Below are positions 35,181 through 48,002 of a stretch of 56,214 nucleotides of DNA, in pieces. Position 1 is the stretch's first letter. Each line of letters starts with the position of its first letter. This DNA comes from Prorocentrum cordatum. Its lineage: Eukaryota. A program made the position numbers and the translations under genes. The stretch lies in contig CAUYUJ010000104.1 in assembly GCA_963575745.1 (NCBI GenBank), forward strand, positions 62,001 through 118,214, read 5' to 3'. Under the pieces are notes generated by a model. That model did not search any database. It had not been told where the DNA came from and worked only from the letters and a program-made list of their open reading frames with translations.

Positions 35181-36974
35181 ACGCCACCACCCGTGCTCAA
35201 ACTCTGGTACTCAGACCCATCGTCATCGTTCGTGCCGTTACCCCGTCACACAATTCGGTGCACCCCCTTGCACGGGTCATGGCCCCTTAGGGAGCACCAC
35301 CGAAGAAGATATTCACAATTGAGGCAGCCACATTTGCGAATGGTTGGGTCCTTCGCCTGGCTAATTTTGAATATCCGTGTTGCAGGGCATGATGTTTTTG
35401 TATGTTTCCGGGCCCTCGATAAACCAAGGTGTTTGAAGGATTCCGGCGTGCGCGCGCGACGACGCGCGCATGCGCACGTCGGCCCATTTGTTGAACGAGA
35501 TGCTGAAAAACTGGAACTTTCCAATAAACGATCGCGCGCGCGTATATATTCTCTGCAGGAGATGAAGGGGGGAAGTGTTACTGGCCTGCCTGGGATGGTA
35601 TGGACTCAGATTTACGATGAACGATGGGGCAAGCACATCTGCAACTTGCACTACGAAAGCGGGAGCGGTTCAATCTGGGGGAGGGAGGGGATATATCCAA
35701 ATGGTGTTGTAGCACGGGCATTTCCCAAAGCTGGGCAAACGGGCGCTTCAGTGCGAGTCTGCGACTTTGGCGGGCGCGGTATCGTGGCAATGTCGGCGAC
35801 GGTAGAGGCGAGGATGATAGCAGCGATGCTGATGACGATGACGACACCAACGACGGCGGCCACTGACGGCGCCAATGCTGATCAAGCCGACGACGACGAC
35901 GGCGTCCGCGCGTCGGTGATGAAGGTTTTGGCAGGAGTTGGACATGCGCGCCGCGCCGACGTGCGAGAGCGGCCCGCATAGTGACATTCAACACGGATCG
36001 TGCTCCCCCAGCACGCGCGCAAGGGCGCTTGAATGATTTCTACATGCGGAGCGAGAGGCCCGCTTGGCAGAATGGAATACAAGTGCTCACTTGTTTGAAA
36101 AAGGAACATGCAAAATCATAGTGTGTTTTATATGATTCCGGGGCACTCGAATTTGAACCCCAAGACAAAAACGAAGATGTTTGAAGGATGTCGGCGCGCG
36201 CCCGCGACGACGCGCGCGCAATGCGTTCCATTTCATGCAAGGGATTCATGCGACAGCACGCGCGCCGGGGCTCGTGTGGTGGCATTTTATGAACATGTTG
36301 GAAATCAGTTTTCTCTTTTTGGAAAACTCGCAAAAGCGAGGGAGCAACCACATTTGAAAGTTAGTTTTTCTTATGCGGTAGACTCCAGCTTGCAATCCTT
36401 GCGAACCCAAGGTGTTTGAGGAATTCTGCATGAGCGCGCGTCGGCGCGCGCGCGTGTGCACTTCGCCCCAGTTTGTTGCGAGGAGTTCTTCGAAACTGCT
36501 GATTCGTGATAAACGAGCGCGCGCGCAGAATTTGTTTTGCAGAGGAAGGGGGAGGTGCCGATTCGGGCCTGCCTGGGATGGTACGAGCTCAAGCTTAGGA
36601 TGGACGATGGGGCAGAATCGTTTGTAACTGGCTCTACGACAAAATCGAGTCGTTAATGCCGGAGGAGGGGTAGTCCCGATTACTCTTGTAGAAAGGAGAA
36701 CCTATGTGGTGCACACTATGTGGCGCAACGCATTCTGTGCAAATTACGTGGACTACGCGATGAGGGGCGATCTCTCTGGTGCACCCTATGTGGGGCAATT
36801 CACGTGGTGCAATACCTGTGGCGCGATATTAGAAGAGCAATCTACGTTGAGCAATACATATATATATATATGTATATACATATATGAATTTGTATACACA
36901 CTAGTATACATACATATGCATATGTGTAAATATCGACATAGATGTGCAATATTATGTCGTGCAACCTCTGTGGC

Positions 36975-37260
36975 AGCGACGGGGCGGCGACGGCGGCAAC
37001 ATAGCCGGTCAAGCCAGAAAGGCCCAGAAACAGGCGGCGACGAGGCGGAGACGGGGCGGCGACGGCGGCAGCATAACCGCCAGACCACTGGACAGTACCT
37101 GGCGACGGGCGGCGACGAGGCGGTGACGGGGCGGCAAAGGCGGCAACACAGCCGCCCGAATGCCAGACAGGCCCAGACGACGGGCGGCGACGAGGCGGCG
37201 GCCAGGCTGCAACGGCGACGGCGGCAATATAGCCGCCAGACCGCCAGACAAGTCCAGTTC
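36975..37260. repeat. ~65-bp tandem repeat, ~4 copies
   Basis: GGCGGCGACGAGGCGG..GACGGCGGCAA.ATAGCCG. Confidence 0.8.
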
Positions 37261-38037
37261 CGTAGAGGAGGGGTCAGAACCCCTCAGTGCAAGCGCTGCT
37301 TGGGAAAAAGGGATGGAGAAGGAGGATGGAGAAAAAGGAAAACATTCAACCTTGGGCGAATCGAACAAATCGGCACGAGGAGTGGGCGGTGGTGGTGGTG
37401 GCGGAGGAGGAGGAGGAGAAGGAGGAGGAGGAGAAGGGAGGGGAGGATAAAGGAGGAGGACGGGGGGGGGGAGCGGGGTATGGGAAAGGGAGAAGAGGGA
37501 AGGGTAAAGAAGCTTCCCCCTCTTCCCCCCGAGAAAACCACGAAAAGAAGCCCCAGAACCCCAGACCTCGACCCTGGAACCCCGACCCCCCTCCCCGGGT
37601 CCGCCATGGACCAGAGGCCCATGGAGGACCTGGGAGCAGGAGCAGGAGAAGGAGGAGGAGAAGGACAAGGAAGAGGATTAGACCTTTCAACACGCATCCC
37701 TCCGAAATCGTCGCGGACCCTCCAATTGCACTGACGGCCCAGCCGGGTCCTCCATGGGCCAGAGGCCCCGGAGAAAAGCCAAAGCGCCCCAGAGCCCCAG
37801 ACCTCGCTCCGGGAGCCCCGAACCTCCCCCCCCCCCTTGCCCGGAACCCGATCATGTGCCTCCGAAGGGCCCCCATCGGGAGAGCAGCGAGAGCCCCCCA
37901 TCGAGATCCCCCCCAGCACACAGGGCGATCCCGGCGGCGCCTCCAGCCTGCGGAGCTGGGCGCCGCCGCTGCCGCCCCGCAGGAGGCGGCCGAGGACGCA
38001 GCCCCGCTCCTCCAGGAGGTGGAACACGGAGGCGGGC

Positions 38038-38067
38038 CTCCACGAGGCGCCCACATCGATCCTCAAG
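38038..38067 (-). CDS. Exon (LEDRCGRLVE)
   Basis: caag|, GAG|gc; joins to give SKELEDRCGRLVEAQLDRAL across an ~11.8-kb intron. Confidence 0.5.
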
Positions 38068-38147
38068 CTTGCCGACCCTCCTCCTCCTCCTCCTCCTCCT
38101 CCTCCTCCTCCTCCTCCTCCTCCTCCTCCTCGGTCCCCCTCCTCGAC

Positions 38148-38272
38148 CTCCTTCGAAGTGATCGGGACCTGCAAAAAAGGAAAGGCCGGATGGCTTCTAG
38201 GGAACCTCGAAAACCCTACCACTCGCTCGTCCTGCTCCCTCAAAGGAACCCAGATGCCCACTGGGTCGCCCG
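38148..38272 (-). CDS. One or two exons (GDPVGIWVPLREQ...VPITSKE)
   Basis: tag| acceptor at 38273; strong internal acceptor ttttttgcag| at 38169; GAG|gt donor; both readings are in frame. Confidence 0.45.
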
Positions 38273-39216
38273 CTAATGTTATTGTTGTTTTGATTTGGTG
38301 CTCCTGCGCGAGACGGTGGTGCGCCGACGGTGCGCCGACGGCGAAGCGCCATGTTGTCTTGGACATCGACCTGGAGGGCGCCTTTGGAGGCTATGTTGGG
38401 CACCGTTTCGAAACGAGCAGGGGCCTCTGGGGCTCGCCGGGGAACAACGTGGGAATCGCCGAGACTTCTTCGGGCGGGTACGTCAGGTTCGTGTCGTGCC
38501 GACTTCGGCGTTGGTTTCGGACACCGCGGGGATCGCTCAACCTTGAACGATCGGCCGGGTCCCAAACGTCCAAATCGTTCCACATCGAACGATTATGGGT
38601 CGCCCGCGGCGTTCAAAGTTGAACGCGGCTGGCGGGGTCGCTGGACGCGAGCCTACCGTAGAAGGAATCCCAGTAAGCCCACAAAGCAAATGCAATTGAG
38701 GGAGGGTGGACACAGGGAGTGCACGAGCAATCAAAAGGACGACGAACCCAAAGTAAACAAAGCGAAGGTACAGCGAGAAGTTCTCCATATCTCCGACCCT
38801 CCTAATCCCACCAGCCTTCTGGGCGTAGGTGGTTCCACAAATCCTGTTCTTTTCTCTGCTAACCCCCTCCTTTCCCTGCTCGGGGGAAAGGTTCCCCCCC
38901 CCCCTACCCCCCACCCTGGGTTTGGAGGGGGAGGGCAGAGGCGTTCGAGCGGCCAAGATGGCCCTAGATCCCCCACAGAGAGCCTAAGAAAGCGCAGGAT
39001 GGCCTCCAATGTGGGCCAATGTTGGACGTTGGCCGAACCCGGTCTAGTGGGACCTGGTTTAGTGATGTGTACTAGGGGACGCCCCCCCCCGCCAAGTTCC
39101 ACTAAACGGAACTGCCATCACCCGAACAAAAAACAGCTACGGCAAACTTGGTTTAGTGATTCTGGCCCATGCAGGGGCTCCGGGGCCCTACCACTCCACT
39201 AATCAGGTCCCCTTAC

Positions 39217-39391
39217 CTGGAGTCCTGGCCGTACTCGAAAGGTAGCCGACCATGGCGCAGGACAACCTCCGACTGACTCCCAAAGGCCCCGAGGTGGCCA
39301 CAGGATGGCACCGAGCGCCCGTCGAGCTCCCCAACGACACCCCAAAAGATGCCCACACCTCTGAAGCATTGTGGCGGGAGCGTCCAAGGGC
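39217..39391 (-). CDS. Exon (ALGRSRHNASEVW...RRLSCAMVGYLSSTARTP)
   Basis: tacag|G acceptor; strong CAG|gtaag donor. Confidence 0.55.
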
Positions 39392-39652
39392 CTGTAGGTC
39401 GATGAGATTCCAACAACTTTAAAGGGGCCCTGGGACACACAAATAGATAGACCCAAGTAACAGGATTCCCATTATTTTCATATGTTTCTGGATTTTTGTC
39501 TTCCCCCCCCACTTCCCATAGTTTCCTGCACTTTCCTGGGAGTCGACGATGACTTGTGTCTGTGTTTCTTTGCCTCCTGAATCTTCACCATCTCGAACTG
39601 ACTTGCCTCATCACTTTCCACACTTCGTCTGCGCTTCTGGCCCTGACAGCGC

Positions 39653-39677
39653 CTCATGGGAGGTGGATGCCTTCAAC
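39653..39677 (-). CDS. Exon (R-LKASTSHE)
   Basis: tgtag|G, GAG|gc; phase 2-0 link. Confidence 0.4.
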
Positions 39678-40296
39678 CTACAGGCCGGTTCGCGCGAAAG
39701 CAGTCTCAGATCTCACGGGCGGCCGCCAAGTGTGAGGAGGCCGCGCGCACTCCGAAGCGATACTATAAAGCACGATTGGACCTAAACGTTGTGGTTCGTT
39801 TTGTCTTCGCGTGTTCTTCACCCCTACCTGTTTCCCTGTACCTCCCCCAAGAAAACGAAAAACCAAACACAGCCAGAATCCAGAAAAAGCAGCGTCCAAG
39901 TCCAGCATTGCTATAATCGGGCGATGGCAAGACTGGGTTTCATGGGACCTGGTTTAGAGATCTGTACCGGGGACGCCCCCCCCGTCCCGTTCCACTGACC
40001 AGGATTGCCGTCACTCGACAAGCACCAGCTGCGGCAGACCTGGCTTCGTGATTCCAGTCCATTTTTGGGGGCTTCGAGGCCCAACCACTAACCTGTGGAC
40101 GCCCGAAATGGGTACGGACAAACATGGGTACAATGCCCAACAACAAATGTTTTCCCAAACCGACAGCCGCTGGCCATACCCGATATATAAAACTTGGGTC
40201 CTGGCTATACCCGATGTATAAAAGTCACGGGCGCCCTGCGGGCGCGGACAGGCCGGCGCGCCCAGGAAGCAACACAGCACAGCGCACAGTGAAGGC

Positions 40297-40430
40297 CTCC
40301 CGGCGCAGGAGAGCCGCCCCGCCCGGCCCGCGCCACCGAGGAGGCGTTGTCGCTGCGAGCGGTCCCCACCGAAGCTTTCGGCGTTCGATCCCGAAGGCGC
40401 GCGCACTACTTGGGACGATGCGCGCGGGAC
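40297..40430 (-). CDS. Exon (VPRASSQVVRAPSGSNAESF...GRLSCAG)
   Basis: gccag|G, AG|gc; the RLSCA peptide recurs in the 39217-39391 exon in the linked frame. Confidence 0.5.
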
Positions 40431-41085
40431 CTGGCGGGGAGAGCGGGGGGAGTCGGCGCGGGGGTGTGGTGCGAGGTGGTCGCTCGTGTTGGTTGTGCAG
40501 GGCTGGCGTGGAGTCCGCACGGGCGCGCCTGTGTTGTGTTTGTGAGGTGTGGTGTTATGCGATCCTCTGTGTGACCAGGTTTGTCACAACGTATGATGCT
40601 ATGGTGTGATATGGTTTGCTGTGCCATCGCATATTCTGCCGCACTCTGCCATGGTATAATGTGTCATCGTATGCAATTGGATGTGCTGCGGTCTGTGTTG
40701 CATTGTGGTTTGTTATGTCATGGTGTATTTTGTAGTCCCCTGGTATGCCATGTCATGGTATGCTATGTCAGGTCGGAGGTGAAGGGGTGAGATCGAAGTG
40801 GAACGGAGAGCCCCCCTACCGGGAAATCGGTTTCGGTTTCGTCTTCGTGCGTGCCGTGCGTGCGGGCGAGGCGAAATTGCGTGGGCGGGCGAGAAATGTC
40901 CCGCCTTTAGCTGACACGCGGCCGGACCAAAAGCCTCCCTTCCGGCAACCGGTGCCGCGCGGTGCCCCGCCGGTGTCCCGCCGGTGTCCCGATGACGATG
41001 ATGATGATGACGATGTAAGTGATGATGATGCTGATGATGATGAGGATGATGATGATGGCAATGGTGGTGATGATGATGGTGTCCC

Positions 41086-41136
<51 letters not shown>

Positions 41137-42927
41137 CATGATGTTGATGATGATGCTGATGATGCTGATGTTGCTGATGATGATGATGGTGTCCCGATGA
41201 TGATGACGATGATGTTGATGATCATGATGCTTCTGATGATGATGAGATGATGAGATAATGAAGATGATGATGGTGTCCCGATGATGATAACGAAGATGAT
41301 GAGCTGATGATGGTGCTGTTGATAATGGTGATGATGATGGTGTCCCGATGATGATGATGTTGATGATGGTGTCCCGATGATGATGATGAAGATGATGAGA
41401 TGATGATGGTGCTGTTGATGATGGTGATGGCGCTGATGATGACAGTGTCCCGATGATGATGACGATGTTGATGGTGATGACGATGATTGTGTCCTGATGA
41501 TGATGATGATGCTGATGATCAGGATCACGATGAGGTGATGATGCTGATTTTGATGGTTTTGGCCCAATGATGGTGATGCTGCTGTTGATGATGATGATGG
41601 TGACCCGATGATGACGATGATGATGATGATGGTGAGACGATGATGTAAGTGTCCCGATGATGATGTTGATGATGAAGTTGCTGCTAATGATGATGATGGT
41701 GTCCCGATGATGATGATGATGATGCTGCTGATGTTGGTCATGATGATGACGGTGATGATGGGGTGATGATGATGGTGTTCCGATGGTGATGACCATGAAG
41801 GTGTCCCGATGATGATGATGTTGATGATGATGGTGACGATGATGGTGGCCCGATGATGGTGATGATGGTGGCGATGAAAATTATGGCCTTGCTGATGAGG
41901 ATGATGGTGTCCCGATGATGGTGATGTTGGTGATGCTGGTGTTGCTGATGATGATGATGCTGTCCCGATGGTGGTGATGTTGATGATCCTGATGATGATG
42001 AGATGGTGAGATGATGGTGATGAAGATGATGATGATGATGGTGTCCCGATGATGATGATGTTGCTGATGATTGTGATGATGATGGTGATGGTGATGATGA
42101 TGACGATGATGGTGTTCGATGATGATGATGCTGATGCTGATGATGAGGATGATGATGAAGTGGTGATGAATCCCACCAGCCCTTTGGGCGTGAGTGGTTT
42201 AGAGAGCCCGCTCCGTTCTCAACCCCCCTTCTTCCCCTTCGGGGAGGGGTTTACCCCTCCCCCTACCCCCTCCCCCTGGGCCTGGAGTCCTTTCGCGGGT
42301 CGTCAGGGGTGTCATTTTCGACTCCTGGGAAGGCTAAACAACGACACCCCTCACGAGGATTCTGGCCCCGACGGGGGGGAGCAGAAAAACCCCATCTCCT
42401 CTTCTTCGAAGCCAAAATCATTAATTTTACTACGGTGTTGGTCCCATTTTGGCCTTCTGAGGGGGCAGCGCTCATTAAAGCTCCCCTCTTCCTTCAAGGC
42501 AAAATCATTGATGTTACAAAGGTTTTGGGCTCATTTTGCCCTTCAGAGGGGGCAGCGCTCGTTAAAGCTCCCCTCTTCTTTGACCCATCCCCTCCAAGAT
42601 GGCCCCAAGAAGCGCCCAGGAGGCACCAAGAGGCCTCAAGATGGCCCCAAGAGGCCCCCAGGAGGCCCCCAAGAGGCCCCCAAGAGGCCCCCAAGATGCC
42701 CCCAAGAGGCCCCCAAGAGGCCCCAAGAGGCCCCAAGAGGCTCCCCCGAGGCACCCAAGACGCTCCTGGAAGCCCCTGGGGCCGCCAAGAGGCCCCCAAG
42801 ACGCCCCAAACGGCCTCCAAGAGGCTCCCAAGAGGCCCGAAGAGGCTCCCCCAAGGCACCCAAGACGCTCCTAGAAGCCCCTGGGGCCGCCAAGAGGCCC
42901 CCAAGACGCCCCAAAAGGGGACGAGGT

Positions 42928-43356
42928 GCCCGAACGCCTCACGCCACGAGGAGCCCGAACGACTCACACCAGGACGAGGGGCCCGAACGACTCACACCAC
43001 GAAGAGCCCGAACGACTCACACCAGAAGGAGGGGCCCGAACGACTCACACCAGGACGAGGCGCCCGAACGACTCACACCACGAGGAGCCCGAACGACTCA
43101 CACCACGACGCGGGCCCCGAACGACTCACACCACGAGGAGCCCGAACGAGTCACACCAGGAGGAGGGGCCCGAACGACTCACACCAGGACGAGGGGCCCG
43201 AACAACTCACACCACGAGAAGCCCGAACGACTCACACCAGGACGAAGAGTCCGAACGACTCACACCACGAAGAGCCCAACGACTCACACCAGGAAGAAGG
43301 GCCCGAACGACTCACACCAGGACGAGAAACCCCAAACGACTCAAACCACGAGGAGC
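42928..43356. repeat. 25/28-bp minisatellite, ~16 copies
   Basis: Core GCCCGAACGACTCACACCA plus two linker variants. Confidence 0.9.
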
Positions 43357-43474
43357 GCTTTCTCTCCCTCCTCCTCCGCCTCGTCCTTCTCCCGCTCCCC
43401 CCACAAGGAGGATGTACAAGGAGGCGGGAGGAAGGAGGAACAGGGGAGATATGCGGGGCCAAGCGGACACACGC

Positions 43475-43528
43475 CTGAAAAAACACGACTGTCGGCATGC
43501 TTCGCAAGAGTTGCTGTTGTGATATGGG
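43475..43528 (-). CDS. Exon (PISQQQLLRSMPTVVFFQ)
   Basis: accag|, CAG|gc, phase 0-0. Confidence 0.5.
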
Positions 43529-43608
43529 CTGGTGGGGATACGCGAAGCGTAAAGAATTTGATGATGGTGGCCCGATGATGATGACGATGTTGATGATGAT
43601 CGTGTCCC

Positions 43609-43666
<58 letters not shown>

Positions 43667-44015
43667 CTGATGCTGATGCTGATGCTGATGATGATGATGA
43701 TGATGATGATGATGGTGATGATGCTGGTAGCGATGCTGATGGTGTCCCGATGATGATGATGTTGATGATGATGGTGTTTCTGATGATGATGATGGTGTCC
43801 CGATGATAGCGATGTTGACGATGTTCATGACGATGATGGAACCATGGTGATGATGCTGATGGTGGTGTTCCGATGATGATGCTGATGATGATGGTGATGA
43901 TGATGATGATGATGATGTTGATGATGTCGACGATGATGGTGTCCCGATGATGATGATGATGGTGATGCTGATGTTGGTGATGATGGTGATGAGGTTATGA
44001 TGATGATGGTGCCCC

Positions 44016-44058
<43 letters not shown>

Positions 44059-44065
44059 GTGCCCC

Positions 44066-44096
<31 letters not shown>

Positions 44097-45079
44097 TTGA
44101 TGACGATGATGATGATGATGATGATGGCGTTGATTGTGATATCGATTGTGCTATCGATAGTGATATCGATAGTGAGACCGAATGTGGGATAGATTGTGAT
44201 ATCGATAGTGAGATCGATAATGAGATAGATTGTGATATCAATAGTCATATCGATTGAGAGATCGATCGAATGAAATAAATCGAGTGACATCGATTGTGAG
44301 ATCGATCGAGGGGGATCGATCGAGCGAGACCGATAGTGAGCTCGATAGTAAGATCGATAGTGAGACCGATCGAGTGAGACGTTGGTTCCTCCCCCCCCGA
44401 ACCTCCTTATCACCCGAAGGTTGGTCGTATAGGTAGTGTTATGCAACATGCTCCGATATGTTAGGCCACGCGTTGATATGCTGTAGTATGCTATGCTGTG
44501 CTACGACAGGTTATGTGAGGATGTGACATGTCATGCGATGGTATGTTTAGTTATTATGGTATGCTTGATTTGTCATGTTATGTACTGATATATACTGTGA
44601 TGCTGTGCTATGGTATACGCTGCTCTGTCATGGTTTGCTATCTTACGATATGGTATGCCATGATATGGTATGTGTTCTGTCCGGCGGTGTGATGTTATGC
44701 TTTGTTCTGCGGGGGGCCTGGGGCCTGGGGACCTGGCGGCCGCAATATGCAGAGTGGGCGAGTCGGCGCGGGGGGCGGGACCACCAGGGATTATCGGGAG
44801 CCTAGGGATCTGGCGGCCGCGGTGTGCAGGGCGGGGGGGGGCGGGACCACCAGGGATTATCGGGAACCTAGGGATCTGGCGGCCGCGGTATGCAGGGCGG
44901 GTGGGCCAGGAGGTCAGTTCTTACAACCTAACGACCCAATCCTGTCGGGTGGGGAAAAACGCGCCAAGCGCGGATGGGCCAACACCGCCCAAAACGACTC
45001 TAGAGCAAACGGGAACCCTCTTGGCGCCCCCGAACAACTCACCGAGGAGCAGGAGGAGGAGGAGGAGGCGGAAGAGCAG

Positions 45080-45111
<32 letters not shown>

Positions 45112-45339
45112 GGAGGAGACGGTGGAGGAGAAAGGCGGAGAGAAGGAGGAGGAGGAGGAGAAAGGAGGAGGAGGAGGAGGACGAGGAGGAGGGGGAGAAG
45201 GAGGGAGGACGATCGAGATCGAGGAGGATGATGACGATCGAGGAGGAGCAAGAGGAGGAACAACAACCACCGCGATGGGCGAGCGTCCGAATACCGGGCG
45301 AATCACACGGGCCCTGCCTCGGATCCCGCGGGCGCCGGC

Positions 45340-45411
45340 CTTCCGCCCCGCGGGAGGTCCGACGGGGATGCCCGATCCCGCGCGCGGCCCCCATGGGGTT
45401 CGCGAGCACGC
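45340..45411 (-). CDS. Probable exon; frame and donor uncertain (45340 or 45318)
   Basis: atag|G acceptor; unique island between (GGA)n and (TCC)n tracts. Confidence 0.4.
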
Positions 45412-45429
45412 CTATCTGACGAACAACAA

Positions 45430-46740
45430 CCCTCCTCCTCCTCCTCCTCCTCCTCCTCTCCTCCCTCCTCCTCCTCCTCCTCCTCCTCCTCCTCCTCCTC
45501 CTCCTCCTCCCCTCCTCCTCTTCTCATCCTCTTCTCCACCTCCTCCTCTTCCTCTTCATCGTCCTCCTCCTCCTCCTCCTCCTCCTCTTCTCATCCTCTT
45601 CTCCACCTCCTCCTCCTCCTCCTCCTCTTCATCCTCTTCTGCTTCTTCATATTATCATTGGAATTATTATTAGTCGTCTTGTTCCTCCTCTTGTTGTTAT
45701 TATTATTAGTTGTATGATCCTCCTCCTCCTCCTCCTTCTCCTCCTCCCTCCCTTCTTTCTCCTCCTCCTCCTCCTCTCCGCCTTTCTCCTCCTACTCCTC
45801 CTCCTCTTATTCTTATTAATATTCTCAGCCTTTGTATCATTATTAATATTATTATTCGTATGACGATTATTTGTCTGAGTATGCTTAGTATCATTCGTCT
45901 TATCCGTATTATTATTCTTAGTATTATTATTAGCAGTCTTAGTAGCAATATTAGTATTATTCCTCTTACTAGTATTACTATTGATATTACTATGATTAGT
46001 ATAAATACTTGTTGTCGACTTCGTCTTCTTGATTGTCGTACTAGTATTATCCGTTTCCATCCCCTTCTCCTTCCTCTTCCTCTTCCTCTTCCTCTCCCTC
46101 TCCCTCTTCATCCTTCTTCCCCTCCTCCGCCTCCTCCTCCTCCTCCTCCTCGTCCTCCTCGTCCTCCTCCTCCTCCACCACCACCTCCACCTCCTCCTCC
46201 TCCTCCTCCTCCTCCTCCCCCTCCTCCTCCTCCTCCTCCTCCTCCTCCCCCTCCCCCTCCTCCTGCTCCTCCTCCTCCTCCTCCTCCTCTCCTCCTCCTC
46301 CTCCTCCTCCTCCTCCTCCTCCTCCTCCTCCCTCCTCCTCCTCCCCCTCCCCCTCCTCCTCCCCTCCCCTCCCATCCCCCCCTCCTCCTCCCCCTCCCTC
46401 CCCCCTCCCCCTCCCCCTCCCCCTCCCCCTCCTCCTCCTCTCTCCTCCTCCTCCTCCTCCTCCTCCTCCTCCTCCTCCTCCTCCTCCTCCCCCTCCTCCT
46501 CCTCCCACTCCTCCTCCCCCTCCTCCTCCTCCTCCTCCTCCTCCTCCTCCTCCTCCTCCTCCTCCCTCCTCTCCTCCTCCTCCTCCTCATCCTCCTCCTC
46601 CTCCTCCTCCTCCTCCTCCTCCTCCTCCACCCCTCCTCCCCCGTCCCCCTTCCCTTCCCCTTTCCCCTTTCCCCCCCCTCCCCTCCTCCTCCTCCTCCTC
46701 CTCCTCCTCCTCCTCCTCCTCCTCCTCCTCCTCCTCTTCT
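45430..46740. repeat. Long (TCC)n tract with an embedded AT-rich (TAT/TAG)n block; many other (GGA)/(TCC) tracts in the window
   Basis: Direct inspection. Confidence 0.95.
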
Positions 46741-46792
46741 CGATGCCGTGGAGCCCCCCCTCTGAGGGCACAGCTGTCCACGCGGGAAGACC

Positions 46793-47010
46793 CTACTCCA
46801 AAGGGGCGATGACGGCTGGGACTTTCCCAGACACTCCTGGCAGGTAGCTTTGGCTCATCCTTGGGGCGGCCCTCATGCCCCACCCGGCAGGCACGCCACA
46901 GGGGGTGAGGAATCCGTTGAGCTGCTTAGCAATGTGAGCATCACAGCGCATGCACGCAACCACAGGGTGGGCCACCGCTTGCAGCGATTCCTCGACCCGA
47001 AAAAACAACT
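46793..47010 (-). mobile_element. Possible non-LTR 3' remnant with Cys knuckle
   Basis: HPVVACMRCDAHIAKQLNGFLTPC...LPG; same CxxC..C layout as 7280-7420. Confidence 0.4.
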
Positions 47011-47136
47011 AGTTCAACTAAACGATGTGCTTTCAGGCCCTGCTGCTGCAACCGCTCATTGGCATCACGCGCGCGCGACGCGATCGACCCTGGGCAGGTC
47101 TGCGTCGCGGGGGCCACGGCACGGCAACACGCTCAC

Positions 47137-47142
47137 CAGGGC
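47137..47142 (-). CDS. Putative 6-nt micro-exon
   Basis: gacag|GCCCTG|gtgag. Confidence 0.35.
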
Positions 47143-47267
47143 CTGTCGGCAGGCCCCCCTAAAATCAGGCCCCCTAAAATGGGCACGACCACAAGGGGAG
47201 GAGGCATGTACACACGCATGCGGCGCGCAACGTGTAACGTGTCGCGCGCATCCACGTGCGCGCCAAC

Positions 47268-47351
47268 CTCCCCGATCCTGTGCCCAACCTGCTCAACAAA
47301 CTGCTCAGCCTGTTGCATGCGCCTCCGATCTTCAGCGGGAGCACGTCCGAG
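47268..47351 (-). CDS. Probable exon (LGRAPAEDRRRMQQAEQF... or SDVLPLKIGGACNRL...)
   Basis: ccag|, GAG|gt; two open frames both chain consistently. Confidence 0.4.
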
Positions 47352-48002
47352 CTGGCCTCCTCCTCCTCCGCCTCCTCCTCCTCCTCCTCCTCCTCCTCCT
47401 CCTCCTCCTCCTCCTCCTCCCCCTCCTCGGCCTCGTCCTCGTCCTCGTCCTCCCCTCCTCCTCCTCCTCCTCCTCCTCCTCCTCCTCCTCCTCCTCCTCC
47501 TCCTCCTCCACCTCTTCCTCCTCCTCCTCCTCCTCCTCCTCCTCCTCCTCCTCCTTAGAAGGAGGCTGCTCCTTAGGCGGCGCGGGCCTTACATCCAAGG
47601 CCCGCTCCTCCTGAGAGGTAGCCTCCTTCTAAGAAGCCTTACCCCCTCTGAAGGGTAGCCGGAATTCACAAATGAATATAAACAAATCCTAGGATTCCTT
47701 CTACTGTTCCATATCTTCTGGGGGTTTGTCTTCCCCTCCACTTCCCATGCTTCCCCACCTTTTCCAGGTGATCACCGTTGAATTGTGTCTGCGTGTTTTT
47801 GTTCCCGTCTGACCCTCTCCCTACTAAGACGAGGACAGGACGAGGATAAAATCGGGTGAGGAAACTTCTGAGATCCCGCGGCCCTGGAGGATGTCTCGGG
47901 CTCCGCGGCCATCTCGGAACGTCCCGGAACGCTCTGAGAGAGATCCGCAACGCTCTGGAACGGAATGATTCTCGCCCTCGCCCCGTCCGGCTTTCAGTCA
48001 AC

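Larger units (their letters stand above)
40990..44130. repeat. Two (GAT)n arrays punctuated by GTGTCCC (40990-42170 and 43560-44130)
   Basis: Recurrent GGTGTCCCGATG within GAT triplets. Confidence 0.9.

Noticed and set aside
39250..39270. VVLRHG histidine-phosphatase motif
   Set aside because: It is in a frame incompatible with the upstream exon chain, and no other family motifs are present.
42928..43356. CRISPR-like repeat-spacer pattern
   Set aside because: Linkers are 6-9 nt and of two recurring types; no cas genes; eukaryotic context.
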